NCBI GenBank assembly: GCA_016787665.1
Contig: JAEUUC010000009.1
Coordinates: 131,744-195,743, forward strand
Length of the DNA stretch: 64,000 nucleotides
Direction of reading: 5' to 3'
Origin: Cyclobacteriaceae bacterium
GTDB taxonomy: Bacteria; Bacteroidota; Bacteroidia; Cytophagales; Cyclobacteriaceae
In this document: one piece after another, positions 37,509 through 46,348 of the stretch
Layout of the letters: each line of letters starts with the position of its first letter
Position numbering within the stretch: the stretch's first letter is position 1
Program-made: the position numbers and the translations under genes
The notes under the pieces: generated by a model
The model's input: the letters and a program-made list of their open reading frames with translations, nothing else
Database searches by the model: none
What the model was told of the DNA's origin: nothing

Positions 37509-37779
37509 GTTTTTTCTGTCGGTGGGTCCAACTGGCAATCTCCTTGCGAAACCAGGCATCAGCTGTGTCGGTCCATTTAAAATGGTCCCGGATGTGCTCC
37601 ATGGTATGTTTTTCAATTTCGGTGTATGATCCGGCATCATGCACAATCTTAAACAGTTCGTGCGCATCCTCCAATGAAATCCGGCCATCCCCTACTCCGC
37701 TTACCGCCAACTCTGCTACTGACAACAAGTTTCCGTCCAGTTTCTTGCCGTTGATTATTTTGTAATAAGAGTGTGACAT
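37498..37779 (-). CDS. Hypothetical 93-aa protein
   Basis: ATG at 37779 gives MSHSYYKIINGKKLDGNLLSVAELAVSGVGDGRISLEDAHELFKIV... It reads as compact and globular. No family recognised. Confidence 0.45.
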   Translation of the reverse strand: MSHSYYKIINGKKLDGNLLSVAELAVSGVGDGRISLEDAHELFKIVHDAGSYTEIEKHTMEHIRDHFKWTDTADAWFRKEIASWTHRQKKLSH

Positions 37780-37848
37780 ACTTATTCTGAAATTAAAACT
37801 AGCCAAGAGAAATGGTATTGTGAATGACTTTGGTCATACCTTTGCCCC

Positions 37849-38151
37849 ATGGTGATTTACAATGTTACCGTAGCCGTAGATAAGGCCATTGAGCAGGAAT
37901 GGGTGCATTGGATGAAAACGGAGCATATGGACGAGGTAGTGGCCACCGGCTATTTCTCGGAATACCGGCTTTTTCGGATTCTACCCCAGGAAGATGAGTA
38001 TGTCGTCTCGTATGCCGTGCAATACCTGGCGGAATCGATTTTTGCCGTAAACCAGTATTTTCAAACGAGCGCCCCTGCTCTGCGTCAAAAAAGTCAGGAT
38101 AAGTTTGGCGACAAACAAGTAGCCTTTCGAACGTTGCTCGAAGCCGTTTAG
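37849..38151 (+). CDS. DUF4286-family protein
   Basis: 100 aa. MVIYNVTVAVDKAIEQEWVHWMKTEHMDEVVATGYFSEYRLFRIL...YAVQY matches my recollection of DUF4286. Confidence 0.6.
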   Translation: MVIYNVTVAVDKAIEQEWVHWMKTEHMDEVVATGYFSEYRLFRILPQEDEYVVSYAVQYLAESIFAVNQYFQTSAPALRQKSQDKFGDKQVAFRTLLEAV

Positions 38152-38627
38152 CTACCGGATAACCTCTTTCGAATAACGTCCGCCTCCAACGAGCAATTCA
38201 CCCACTCGGCATCAAAAGCCGAGTCGTAACGCTTATAAAAATCAATGGCTGGCGTATTCCATTCCAACACTTGCCACATCATGCCGGTACAACCCTCCTC
38301 CAGGCACTTAGCCATGGTGGCTTCAAAAAGACGTTTGCCAAGACCCTTCCCCCGCCAGGCTTCCGTCACGATAATGTCTTCGAGGTACAGCCGCTTCCCC
38401 TTCCAGGTGGAGTAGCGCCAATAATACAGTGACAGCCCAACGATCACTCCATCAACTTCCGCCACAAAAAAGCCATAGACCGGCCTGGTGCCAAATCCAT
38501 CGCGTTCCATTTGCTCCACGGTAGTCACCACCTGGTCGCCTGCCTTCTCGAAAACCGCCAATTCACGGATCAGCGCCAACGCGGCTGGCAAATCCTGCTT
38601 CATGCCAATACGGACAGAGATGTTCAT
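38148..38627 (-). CDS. GNAT-family N-acetyltransferase
   Basis: 159 aa. Acetyl-CoA-binding motif VTEAWRGKGLGKRLFEA and the typical beta-bulge region LEDIIV. Confidence 0.85.
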   Translation of the reverse strand: MNISVRIGMKQDLPAALALIRELAVFEKAGDQVVTTVEQMERDGFGTRPVYGFFVAEVDGVIVGLSLYYWRYSTWKGKRLYLEDIIVTEAWRGKGLGKRLFEATMAKCLEEGCTGMMWQVLEWNTPAIDFYKRYDSAFDAEWVNCSLEADVIRKRLSGS

Positions 38628-38633
38628 GGTAGT

Positions 38634-38666
38634 AAAAAAAGAAACCCCGGATTAACCGGGGCTTCT
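38634..38666 (-). terminator. Intrinsic terminator after gldN
   Basis: The minus-strand RNA reads agaagccccgg-uuaau-ccgggguuucu followed by uuuuuuu (plus-strand stem 38640-38650 / 38656-38666, A-run 38634-38640). It sits 19 nt after the gldN stop, and its U-run ends only 7 nt before the GNAT ATG. Confidence 0.6.
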
Positions 38667-38684
38667 TTGTTGTTTGCTAGTCAA

Positions 38685-39578
38685 TTAATATTCCCACAGG
38701 TTGTGCTCCTTCTCCATCAGTTTCATTTCTTCTTCCCAGCGAGCGAACACCGACTCCCAATAGGAGCGGTTGTTGGCACGGTAAATCTCGGTGATCGAAC
38801 GATCATCCGGGTTCTCCACCTTATCAATTACACCGTGGAACAAGCGAAGCTTGAACGCATCGTTAAAGGTGCGGTTTTCAGCCGGGTTATACCGGTTACG
38901 CCATTGCACCTTATCGCGATCATTCAGGTTCTTGCTGTGAGCAAACTGATCGACCAACTTGTAGATATCCTTGTAGTACAGGAAGGCAATCGGGTTCAAA
39001 TCCGTGGTACCCGGGCGCTGAGCCAGTATACCGATAGCCTGAATGTCATAGTACAATCTTGAACGTCTCTTATCGAAAATGACGTCCTCGATCAGCGTAA
39101 TGGCGGGAATTTGGGCGGCAGAATAATATTCGGTTTGGTCAGTCGTCTTCTCCCACCAAGCCGCATCAGTCGGTTCGTGCCCCTTATTGTCATTTTGCAA
39201 TGACGAATAGTTTACGCCTTTGTAGCTTACTTGTTCGGTTGATACATAAAACTTATTCGCGTCCCACTCCGGCTGCATCACAGCGGTATTACTTACCAAA
39301 ATTTGTTCAGGCTTAGCCACATTTTTCAATGAGTCATCGTAAGCCAGCAATTTCCCGGACTTTACATTCTCAAGAATAAATTTGATGAGGTCTGACTTGG
39401 CCGACTTGAAGCCCATGTTCTGCTTTTCCTGCAGGTCGATGGTGCGCCATACCCGGTAGCGGTACAATTGCTCATAAAAAGCAATGCGCTCGGTCGAATT
39501 CGGATTGTACACCGTATCCTGCTGCGCGTAAGCGCCAAAACCAGCCAACAACAGAACAAAAACGCGAATCAGTTTCAT
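38685..39578 (-). CDS. gldN: Gliding motility / T9SS ring protein GldN (PorN)
   Basis: ATG at 39578 gives MKLIRVFVLLLAGFGAYAQQ (signal). Last gene of the gldKLMN block. Conserved-looking RVWRTIDLQEKQN and FILENVKSGKL segments. Confidence 0.85.
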   Translation of the reverse strand: MKLIRVFVLLLAGFGAYAQQDTVYNPNSTERIAFYEQLYRYRVWRTIDLQEKQNMGFKSAKSDLIKFILENVKSGKLLAYDDSLKNVAKPEQILVSNTAVMQPEWDANKFYVSTEQVSYKGVNYSSLQNDNKGHEPTDAAWWEKTTDQTEYYSAAQIPAITLIEDVIFDKRRSRLYYDIQAIGILAQRPGTTDLNPIAFLYYKDIYKLVDQFAHSKNLNDRDKVQWRNRYNPAENRTFNDAFKLRLFHGVIDKVENPDDRSITEIYRANNRSYWESVFARWEEEMKLMEKEHNLWEY

Positions 39579-39591
39579 TGTCAATTATTAA

Positions 39592-41172
39592 TTAATTCGT
39601 TCCCATGCGGTAGAAGCCTTCAATCTTGGCATTCACCGGCTTGTTATCTGCATCGCTCGGATCCCAGGTAGAGCGAACAACCTGCACGTTCGAAATGGAG
39701 AAGGTGTCACCAGGGCGCAAACCGTAGCGACTCAGTTCAATTGTGCCCGAGTTTAGGGTTATCGGAGTCTTGCCGGTAACCTGCATAACCATACTTGTGA
39801 TGCGGTAACCCGCATCCTTTGCATTATTGCGAACAAAAGTATCGTCCGTAATTGAGGGTACAATCTTCACGATTGAGGTGCCGGGAGGAATTCCGCGTTT
39901 TACATCATACTCGCCATTACCCACCTGCATTTTACCAATCGGTGTGGGTACCGGCTTCGCTTTGAATTGTTTGTTGTCAATCGTTACGCCATCCATACGA
40001 ACGGCCACATTGATTTGAGGACGTGTGGGGATGATCACAAATTTGCCAGCGCCCTGCTGAATAATTTTACCCTGATCGGCCGGTGCTGACAAGGAAATAC
40101 CTGACGACTCGGTCAAACCGGCAATGCTCACGGTCATTTCGTTTCCGCAATCCAAATAAAGCGTGCTGGCGCTTTCTGATTCAAATTTAGCTACGGGCTG
40201 AGCGACTTTATATTTTACTACATCCTCATAGGGCTTGCCTTTGATGTTAATCTTCACGTTGTAGCTCTTTTCCACTACACCGTTCTTGTAGTCGCCACCG
40301 GAAGCTTTGAATTTAATCTTTCCAACCTTTACGCCATTTGCATTGGTTTCAACTTTCACGGGGCCTCCATTAAAAAACATCTCCGGCTCAATGCCCGAGG
40401 CTGCCGCGCTGATCAACAGGTCGGCCTCATAGTCAAGCCCAGCAATTACGATATTGGCATTGGGGCGCACCATAGGAAACACCTTGTCAAACTTAATCTG
40501 AACACCTTCGGCTACCGCATTAAGTGAATCCAACGCAGCACCCTCGTATTCCAGAATCTCGGTTTGCATCTGGCTGATGGTAGCAATGGCACCCATCGTA
40601 GGCGTGCCCTCGAATGAAAACTGCAGAAAGGTCTTGCCTTTGTGATGCTCGGAGTTCTTGAAAGCCTCGTATTCGGTCGGCCCTTTCGTCAGCTTGGCAA
40701 ACTTGCCTTGCTCGGGCCCCATGATCTCATTCAGCTTAGAAACATACTCGTTAAGTTTCTTTTCGTAGCCCTGCCCGATCTCCGGCTTGCGGTGATCCAG
40801 CATCAGTTCCTCCGCGCGGTTGGTGTTCAAAACCAATTCCTCTGCCGGAATCGCCTTACCATCAGCCTCTACCTTCATTTTCGCCTTCAAATCATCCAAA
40901 TAAGCAACGGCCTCTTTCGTGAGGTCGCGCACCTTCTGGGCTTTTTCTTTGGCTTCAAGCACCTTCGGTTCCGTGCTGGTTGACCCCAAAACGGCTTTCA
41001 ACTTGTTCTCATTTTTCTCACCGCCCTCCCGGATGAGGGAAATCAGCGTCTCATCAATGATGGCGAACTTCTCCAATACCGCGTTACTTACGTTCAGCGC
41101 CAGTAGCGCTGTAAGCACGAGGTACATCATGCCAATCATCTTTTGTCTCGGTGTTTCCTTACCACCTGCCAT
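39592..41172 (-). CDS. gldM: Gliding motility / T9SS motor-shaft protein GldM (PorM)
   Basis: 526 aa. Hallmark N-terminus MAGGKETPRQKMIGMMYLVLTALLALNVS followed by a long periplasmic region. Confidence 0.9.
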   Translation of the reverse strand: MAGGKETPRQKMIGMMYLVLTALLALNVSNAVLEKFAIIDETLISLIREGGEKNENKLKAVLGSTSTEPKVLEAKEKAQKVRDLTKEAVAYLDDLKAKMKVEADGKAIPAEELVLNTNRAEELMLDHRKPEIGQGYEKKLNEYVSKLNEIMGPEQGKFAKLTKGPTEYEAFKNSEHHKGKTFLQFSFEGTPTMGAIATISQMQTEILEYEGAALDSLNAVAEGVQIKFDKVFPMVRPNANIVIAGLDYEADLLISAAASGIEPEMFFNGGPVKVETNANGVKVGKIKFKASGGDYKNGVVEKSYNVKINIKGKPYEDVVKYKVAQPVAKFESESASTLYLDCGNEMTVSIAGLTESSGISLSAPADQGKIIQQGAGKFVIIPTRPQINVAVRMDGVTIDNKQFKAKPVPTPIGKMQVGNGEYDVKRGIPPGTSIVKIVPSITDDTFVRNNAKDAGYRITSMVMQVTGKTPITLNSGTIELSRYGLRPGDTFSISNVQVVRSTWDPSDADNKPVNAKIEGFYRMGTN

Positions 41173-41227
41173 GGCTTATGTTTTTATGGTTAGTTAATTC
41201 GATCTAATTCTATTTCCCGTAACACAA

Positions 41228-42058
41228 TTACTTACCGCCTGAACCCTTCATAGCGGTCAGCATGCTGCCGTATACATTATTCAGTGCCGTGAGGTTATCC
41301 GTGAGTTTGCTCAGTTCGCTTGTGAACTTGGCTGTGTTATCACCCACCTTGGTGAGGCCGGTCATGGCACCGGTAATGCTCTCATAGAATTTACCCATGT
41401 TTTTCACGTGAGCATCGGCATCCTTTAACTCCATTTCATAAATCGTGTTAAGAGCGGCCAGGTTCTTGGTTACCTTCTGCACCTGGGCATGATACTCGCC
41501 CGTATCTTTTGACGCATCCGCCATCGCGCTAACGGCCTTCATGGCGTTACCGTATGATTTGTTCATTTCGGTAAGCGCAGAAGAAGCAGCCTGCACGTTT
41601 TTGGCGTAGTCATTGGTAGCCACCGCAGCATTTGACAGGTTGCTCATTTGCGAAGCTGACGTAGCCAGGTTTGACAGTCCTTTACCCAAATTATCCAGCA
41701 AATTCTGATCAACTTTAGCTGTCTTCAGCATTTCATCAATCTTCAAAAGCGGAGACTCACCAGCTTTGGGGGCGTTGCTGATGCGCGTGGCGGTCTTTTC
41801 AGCCGGAGCTTCAAAATCTTCAGCCAGCTCAGGGTATACTTTTGACCAATCGGGCTCGTGGTGCTTGGGTTCAAAGGCACTGAGAAAGAAGATTGCCGCT
41901 TCTGTGGTCAGACCGATAAACAACATTTCGTTGGCACCATTCAAGTGAAGAATTTTGAAGAGAGCTCCGACAATTACCACCGCTGCACCAATGCCATAAA
42001 TCTTGGGCATGAGGGTTGAGTACAACAGTTCTGAGAATCCGCCTTTTTTCTTTGCCAT
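41228..42058 (-). CDS. gldL: Gliding motility / T9SS motor protein GldL (PorL)
   Basis: 276 aa. Two N-terminal TM helices with the conserved Glu (KIYGIGAAVVIVGALFKILHL...IGLTTEAAIFFLSAFEP), then a cytoplasmic helical domain. Confidence 0.9.
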   Translation of the reverse strand: MAKKKGGFSELLYSTLMPKIYGIGAAVVIVGALFKILHLNGANEMLFIGLTTEAAIFFLSAFEPKHHEPDWSKVYPELAEDFEAPAEKTATRISNAPKAGESPLLKIDEMLKTAKVDQNLLDNLGKGLSNLATSASQMSNLSNAAVATNDYAKNVQAASSALTEMNKSYGNAMKAVSAMADASKDTGEYHAQVQKVTKNLAALNTIYEMELKDADAHVKNMGKFYESITGAMTGLTKVGDNTAKFTSELSKLTDNLTALNNVYGSMLTAMKGSGGK

Positions 42059-42121
42059 GGTTTTAGAGAATTTAGGTTTAGATCAAATTTTAGTTTTACG
42101 TATGGGAAATATAGACATTCG

Positions 42122-43255
42122 TTAGTTGCCACCAAACTCTGTTCCGGCTGAACGGCCGAGGTACGTCATGGCGCACCGGAAGCCGATATAGGCACGGGTT
42201 GAATCTTTGTATTCGTAGGAGCGCGTACCTGTTTCGAGAAAATACGCGACATCTTTCCACGAACCGCCACGAATTACTTTACGTGCATTGTAACGGTTTT
42301 TAGAGTTTCCTTCACGGTCATACGCATTCGGGTCGATAAACTGGGGGTTCAGATCCCATACGGTGGGCACAGAAGCCGGATTGAAGTCATCCAGGCACCA
42401 CTCGCTTACGTTGCCGGCCATATCCCACAAGCCATAGTCATTGGAGAAATACTGGGCCACGGGGGCCGTATAGGCAAAGCCATCGTCAAAGAAGTTACCA
42501 CGCCCGGGCTTGAAGTTAGCCAGCATACAGCCCTTCGAGTTACGGATGTACGGGTTACCCCAAGGGTATTTGGCCATGTCGTGACCGCCACGCGATGCAT
42601 ATTCCCACTCAGCCTCGGACGGCAGGCGGAAACTGGGCATGGGCGGCTGGCCGCCATCTTGCTTGCGCCACTCATTCAGGAAGGATGATCTCCACTTGCC
42701 GAAGAAGGTGGCGCCCTCCCAGCTAACACCTACTACTGGATAATCCATGTAGCCGGGGTGCTGCCAGTAATAATCAACCATCGGATCACCCATGTGATGC
42801 GAAAAGTCCTTCATCCACACGGTAGTATCCGGATAGTATTTTTCTTTGAACTCGTCTGTACCGATGCTTGGCAAGCCGGGCATTTGTGCCTGTTCCGCCT
42901 GTCCATCGAGGAAGAACCGAACGAATTGCAGATATTCATCATTGGTGATTTCGGTGTCATCCATAAAGAATGGCCCGATGGTGATCTGCTTGTTGAAGTT
43001 GATTTGGGTTGATGCCGGATCTTCATCCGCCTGGCCCATGTGAAAAGTTCCGGCTGGAATCGGCACCATGCCGTAGGGCACGGTCATTACCATACCTTCA
43101 CGTCTTTCCAAAATGGACTGGCCAACCAATTCACCATTGGCATCGCCACCGCCTTTTTTGCCACCGATGCCCAGAAGGCCGCAACCGGCCACCATAACAC
43201 CCATGCCAACGATTAACGCGAACTGAAGACTTTTTGAGAATGCACTTTTACTCAT
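42122..43255 (-). CDS. gldK: Gliding motility / T9SS lipoprotein GldK (PorK), formylglycine-generating-enzyme fold
   Basis: 377 aa. Lipobox VMVAGCG. FGE/SUMF1-type motifs (GTFHMGQ, VTWEGA-like VSWEGATFFGKW, YRLPSEAEWEYASRGG, GNVSEW, RVIRGGSW). Confidence 0.9.
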   Translation of the reverse strand: MSKSAFSKSLQFALIVGMGVMVAGCGLLGIGGKKGGGDANGELVGQSILERREGMVMTVPYGMVPIPAGTFHMGQADEDPASTQINFNKQITIGPFFMDDTEITNDEYLQFVRFFLDGQAEQAQMPGLPSIGTDEFKEKYYPDTTVWMKDFSHHMGDPMVDYYWQHPGYMDYPVVGVSWEGATFFGKWRSSFLNEWRKQDGGQPPMPSFRLPSEAEWEYASRGGHDMAKYPWGNPYIRNSKGCMLANFKPGRGNFFDDGFAYTAPVAQYFSNDYGLWDMAGNVSEWCLDDFNPASVPTVWDLNPQFIDPNAYDREGNSKNRYNARKVIRGGSWKDVAYFLETGTRSYEYKDSTRAYIGFRCAMTYLGRSAGTEFGGN

Positions 43256-43387
43256 ATGTAGGTATCGATAATGCCTTTTGTTTCTGTTTTAAGCCAACGT
43301 ACAGACCCGAAAGTTATTCTATTTGGCCGGTTTTTTAAAACAAGCGGAGAGCAAATTCTGCAAAATCCCTTAAAAAGCAAAAAAAAC

Positions 43388-44350
43388 TCAATCCTTTCTG
43401 AAACGGGGGGTGCGTTGGATCTTGCGAGCACCGGAGCTCACCGGCAGGTTATACATCAGCACAAACTCGTGACTGGTAGGCTGTTTGGCATCGCGGTCAT
43501 TCACGACATAGTCAAGGGCATAACCCAGACGCATGTTCTTGTCCTTCAGGAAACTATACCCCACCAGCAGAATGGCCGCCTCGGATGGCCGGAAAGAAAG
43601 GCCGCCCCAAAGCGTGTTCTTGAAGTAGGCAATTCCCCCGGCTTCATAGCTGGTTTTTACAAGATCAGATTTAATCAACCCGGAAAACAACACCTTGACA
43701 TCAAAATTAAGCTCATACCAATAGCCGCCCGTTACATAAAGGTGGGGCTCCAGCCGGGAGAGTGAACTGGCTCCGCCAAAGTCGAATTCGCCAGGCAGCA
43801 AATGAGTGACCGAGAGGCCGACATAGTATTTCTCGCGGTGGTAGTAGGCACCTACAGCCAAATCGGGCAGGAATTGGGACTGGCTACCCTCCCGCCCGGC
43901 CAATTTGGGGTCGTTGGCGTCAATAAAGCGCCACTGATCAAAATCAATACTTTGCGAGAACATGCCGGCCCGAACGCCCAGACTCAATCGACCTTCTTTT
44001 ATCCTGAGATGATGAGCTACGGTAGTCTGAATTTCCAGGTTGGTCACCGGCCCCAGCCGGTCATTCACAATGTACCCGCCAATACCTCCGCGGATAGGCG
44101 CAAGCGGCATGGTGAAACTGATCAACTGTGTGGAGGGAGCTCCGCCCGCATCAAATGTTGACTCGTAACCCAGCCATTGGCTGCGGTGCAGAGCGGTGAA
44201 CCGGGCCCCGTTTTCGATGCCGGCATAAGCTGGATTGAAATAGAGTTGGTTGAACATGTAATGGGTAAACTGGGGATCTTGTTGGGCATAGCAAATCACT
44301 GCCATCAGCACCAGCAAAACAGACAATGGAACCCTGACCACACGCATCAT
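43388..44350 (-). CDS. PorP/SprF-family T9SS outer-membrane protein
   Basis: ATG at 44350 gives MMRVVRVPLSVLLVLMAVICYAQQDPQFTHYMFNQLYFNPAYAG, the family's signature start. Beta-barrel-like remainder. Directly upstream of gldK. Confidence 0.8.
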   Translation of the reverse strand: MMRVVRVPLSVLLVLMAVICYAQQDPQFTHYMFNQLYFNPAYAGIENGARFTALHRSQWLGYESTFDAGGAPSTQLISFTMPLAPIRGGIGGYIVNDRLGPVTNLEIQTTVAHHLRIKEGRLSLGVRAGMFSQSIDFDQWRFIDANDPKLAGREGSQSQFLPDLAVGAYYHREKYYVGLSVTHLLPGEFDFGGASSLSRLEPHLYVTGGYWYELNFDVKVLFSGLIKSDLVKTSYEAGGIAYFKNTLWGGLSFRPSEAAILLVGYSFLKDKNMRLGYALDYVVNDRDAKQPTSHEFVLMYNLPVSSGARKIQRTPRFRKD

Positions 44351-44427
44351 GCTCGTCAAATCGAAAGGCAATATAAAATTTTTTAGGCAGAGCACGCCCT
44401 CACCCCAAAACGACCAAATGGCTACGC

Positions 44428-45180
44428 TTATTTAATGCCGTTCGCCTTTTTAACATACAACTCGAGGGCACCCGTCATGGAGGGCGCATTGGGCAACGGG
44501 GCTTCGATATCCAGAATCAGGTTGGCCTCGCGCACCGCCTTGGCCGTTGCGGGACCAAAAGAAGCAATGCGGGTATTGTTTTGTTTGAAGTCGGGGAAGT
44601 TGGCGTACAGCGAGTGGATTCCGGACGGGCTAAAGAAAGCTAACACATCATAAAATACTTCCTTAAGGTCGCTCAGGTTCGCAGCTACCGTCTGGTACAT
44701 CACCGCTTCGGTGAAATTAAATCCGTTGGCAGTAAGAAAGTCCGGTATATCCGCTTTACGAATGTCCGAACAGGGAAAAAGAAACTTCTCGTTTTTGTGC
44801 TTCTTGATGATCTCCAGAAGCTCTTCCGTGTTTTTTAAGCCAGTGAAAATCTTTCGCTTGCGGATCACGATATACTTCTGCAGGTAATTGGACGTCTGGT
44901 CCGAGATACAGAAGTACTTCATCTCAGGCGGCATCTCCAACTTAAGCTCTTTGCATATGGTGAAGAAATGATCTACGGCATGCCGGCTGGTAAAGATGAC
45001 TGCGGTGTGCTGGAGAATATCGACCTTTTGTTTGCGAAAATCCTTAATGGGCAGTGCAGCCACCTGAATAAATGGGCGAAAATCGATCTTCAGGTTATAC
45101 TTTTCCGCCAGCTTGTAGTAGGGAGAATTAAGGTCGGTGGGGGCTTCCTGGGTGACCAAAATGCTCTTCACCTTTCGCAT
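44428..45180 (-). CDS. hemD: Uroporphyrinogen-III synthase
   Basis: Bacteroidota HemD pattern MRKVKSILVTQEAP...FRPFIQV...VIFTSRHAVDHFF. The start could also be the ATG at 45204; the ORF-track start at 45234 is TTG. Confidence 0.75.
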   Translation of the reverse strand: MRKVKSILVTQEAPTDLNSPYYKLAEKYNLKIDFRPFIQVAALPIKDFRKQKVDILQHTAVIFTSRHAVDHFFTICKELKLEMPPEMKYFCISDQTSNYLQKYIVIRKRKIFTGLKNTEELLEIIKKHKNEKFLFPCSDIRKADIPDFLTANGFNFTEAVMYQTVAANLSDLKEVFYDVLAFFSPSGIHSLYANFPDFKQNNTRIASFGPATAKAVREANLILDIEAPLPNAPSMTGALELYVKKANGIK

Positions 45181-45230
45181 TCGGTCGGTTGCAATTTCCG
45201 TCATATCAGCACCAATCGGGGTTCGGGCAA

Positions 45231-46301
45231 TCAATACAAAAACACCTTAATCAAAACAACCAACGGAATAATTTCCGAGACGCAAAGGTAGAAAAATAAA
45301 TGGAATAGCGACTGCCGTGTGCGCCCCATCAGCTTGAGGAAAAGAAATACGGTGGCCACGGCCAGGGCGATGTTCACGATGGGCTGCAGCCATTGGAAAA
45401 GTGACTGCCGCGACAATCCAAATCCGTAAAACACCAATCCAACAAGAGCTACGCCCGCACACGTCTGGATCAAAATGCGTACAAAGTTGAAGAACTGAAG
45501 GCTGCTGAATTCTTCCATCAAGAAGGCCGCGGCCCATAACTGGGTAAGAACAAACTTAATGGCAAATGACCCGAAGAAGATGAAGGCAAAAACAAACCAA
45601 CGCCAGAGAAAACCACCCAACGTCACGGCCTGAACTTGCCCGTAGTTGAGGCTGATCAACAAAACATAGGCGCACAGCAGACAACAGAACACCAAAAAAA
45701 GAATATTGATGCTGGACGTAATACGGGTGGCCTGCAAATTCTCGTCCCGTTCGCGAATGGCGAACACACGCGATACATCGACATAATCCTGCATCAACTT
45801 CGGGCTGGCCCTAAGCAGCACCAGGAAAAACGCAAACAACAGCAAAGCCGCCAGGATGGTGAACTGGTAGAATCCATCGGACGAACGGGGAAGTCGTAAT
45901 AACTCACGCCCGACTGCTGCAGCCACCCGGTGTGTTGTCAGTCGGTTCACGCCCGCCTCGCTATACACGCCCAGGGTGAGGGGTAGGCCTGCGCTTTCCC
46001 CCAGCGAATCAAGCGGCAGACATACGGTGCCGCGCAGGTCTGCCCGCCATAACCGGCCATTGATCAAAAGTGAAAAGCGTGTGGGTTGCGAGACGCAGAT
46101 TCGGGCACCGGTTTCGTTAGTCCGTGTGATCGGGAAATAAATGGCCAGGGCATCTCCCGCCAGAGGTTGGTACCGATCACCCTCATAAACCTGCCAGTCG
46201 GGCCGGTAATCATATACGATCGCGGTGTCCGGATAGGGAAGATCTTGGGCTGCCAGCGCATGAGCGCACCAAAATGCCAGCAGACCCAGAACAACGCGCA
46301 T
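45231..46301 (-). CDS. DUF4271-family membrane protein
   Basis: ATG at 46301 gives MRVVLGLLAFWCAHALAAQ (signal). N-terminal soluble part and a C-terminal ~6-TM region. Sitting directly upstream of hemD is the usual DUF4271 context in Bacteroidota, as I recall. Confidence 0.6.
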   Translation of the reverse strand: MRVVLGLLAFWCAHALAAQDLPYPDTAIVYDYRPDWQVYEGDRYQPLAGDALAIYFPITRTNETGARICVSQPTRFSLLINGRLWRADLRGTVCLPLDSLGESAGLPLTLGVYSEAGVNRLTTHRVAAAVGRELLRLPRSSDGFYQFTILAALLLFAFFLVLLRASPKLMQDYVDVSRVFAIRERDENLQATRITSSINILFLVFCCLLCAYVLLISLNYGQVQAVTLGGFLWRWFVFAFIFFGSFAIKFVLTQLWAAAFLMEEFSSLQFFNFVRILIQTCAGVALVGLVFYGFGLSRQSLFQWLQPIVNIALAVATVFLFLKLMGRTRQSLFHLFFYLCVSEIIPLVVLIKVFLY

Positions 46302-46348
46302 TAAGTTCTTTACTTTGCGATGCAAGTACGCAAAAAACCGACAGAGGC

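Noticed and set aside
43271-43765. 164-aa plus-strand ORF
   Set aside because: It spans the gldK-porP intergenic region and is antisense to the PorP/SprF gene.
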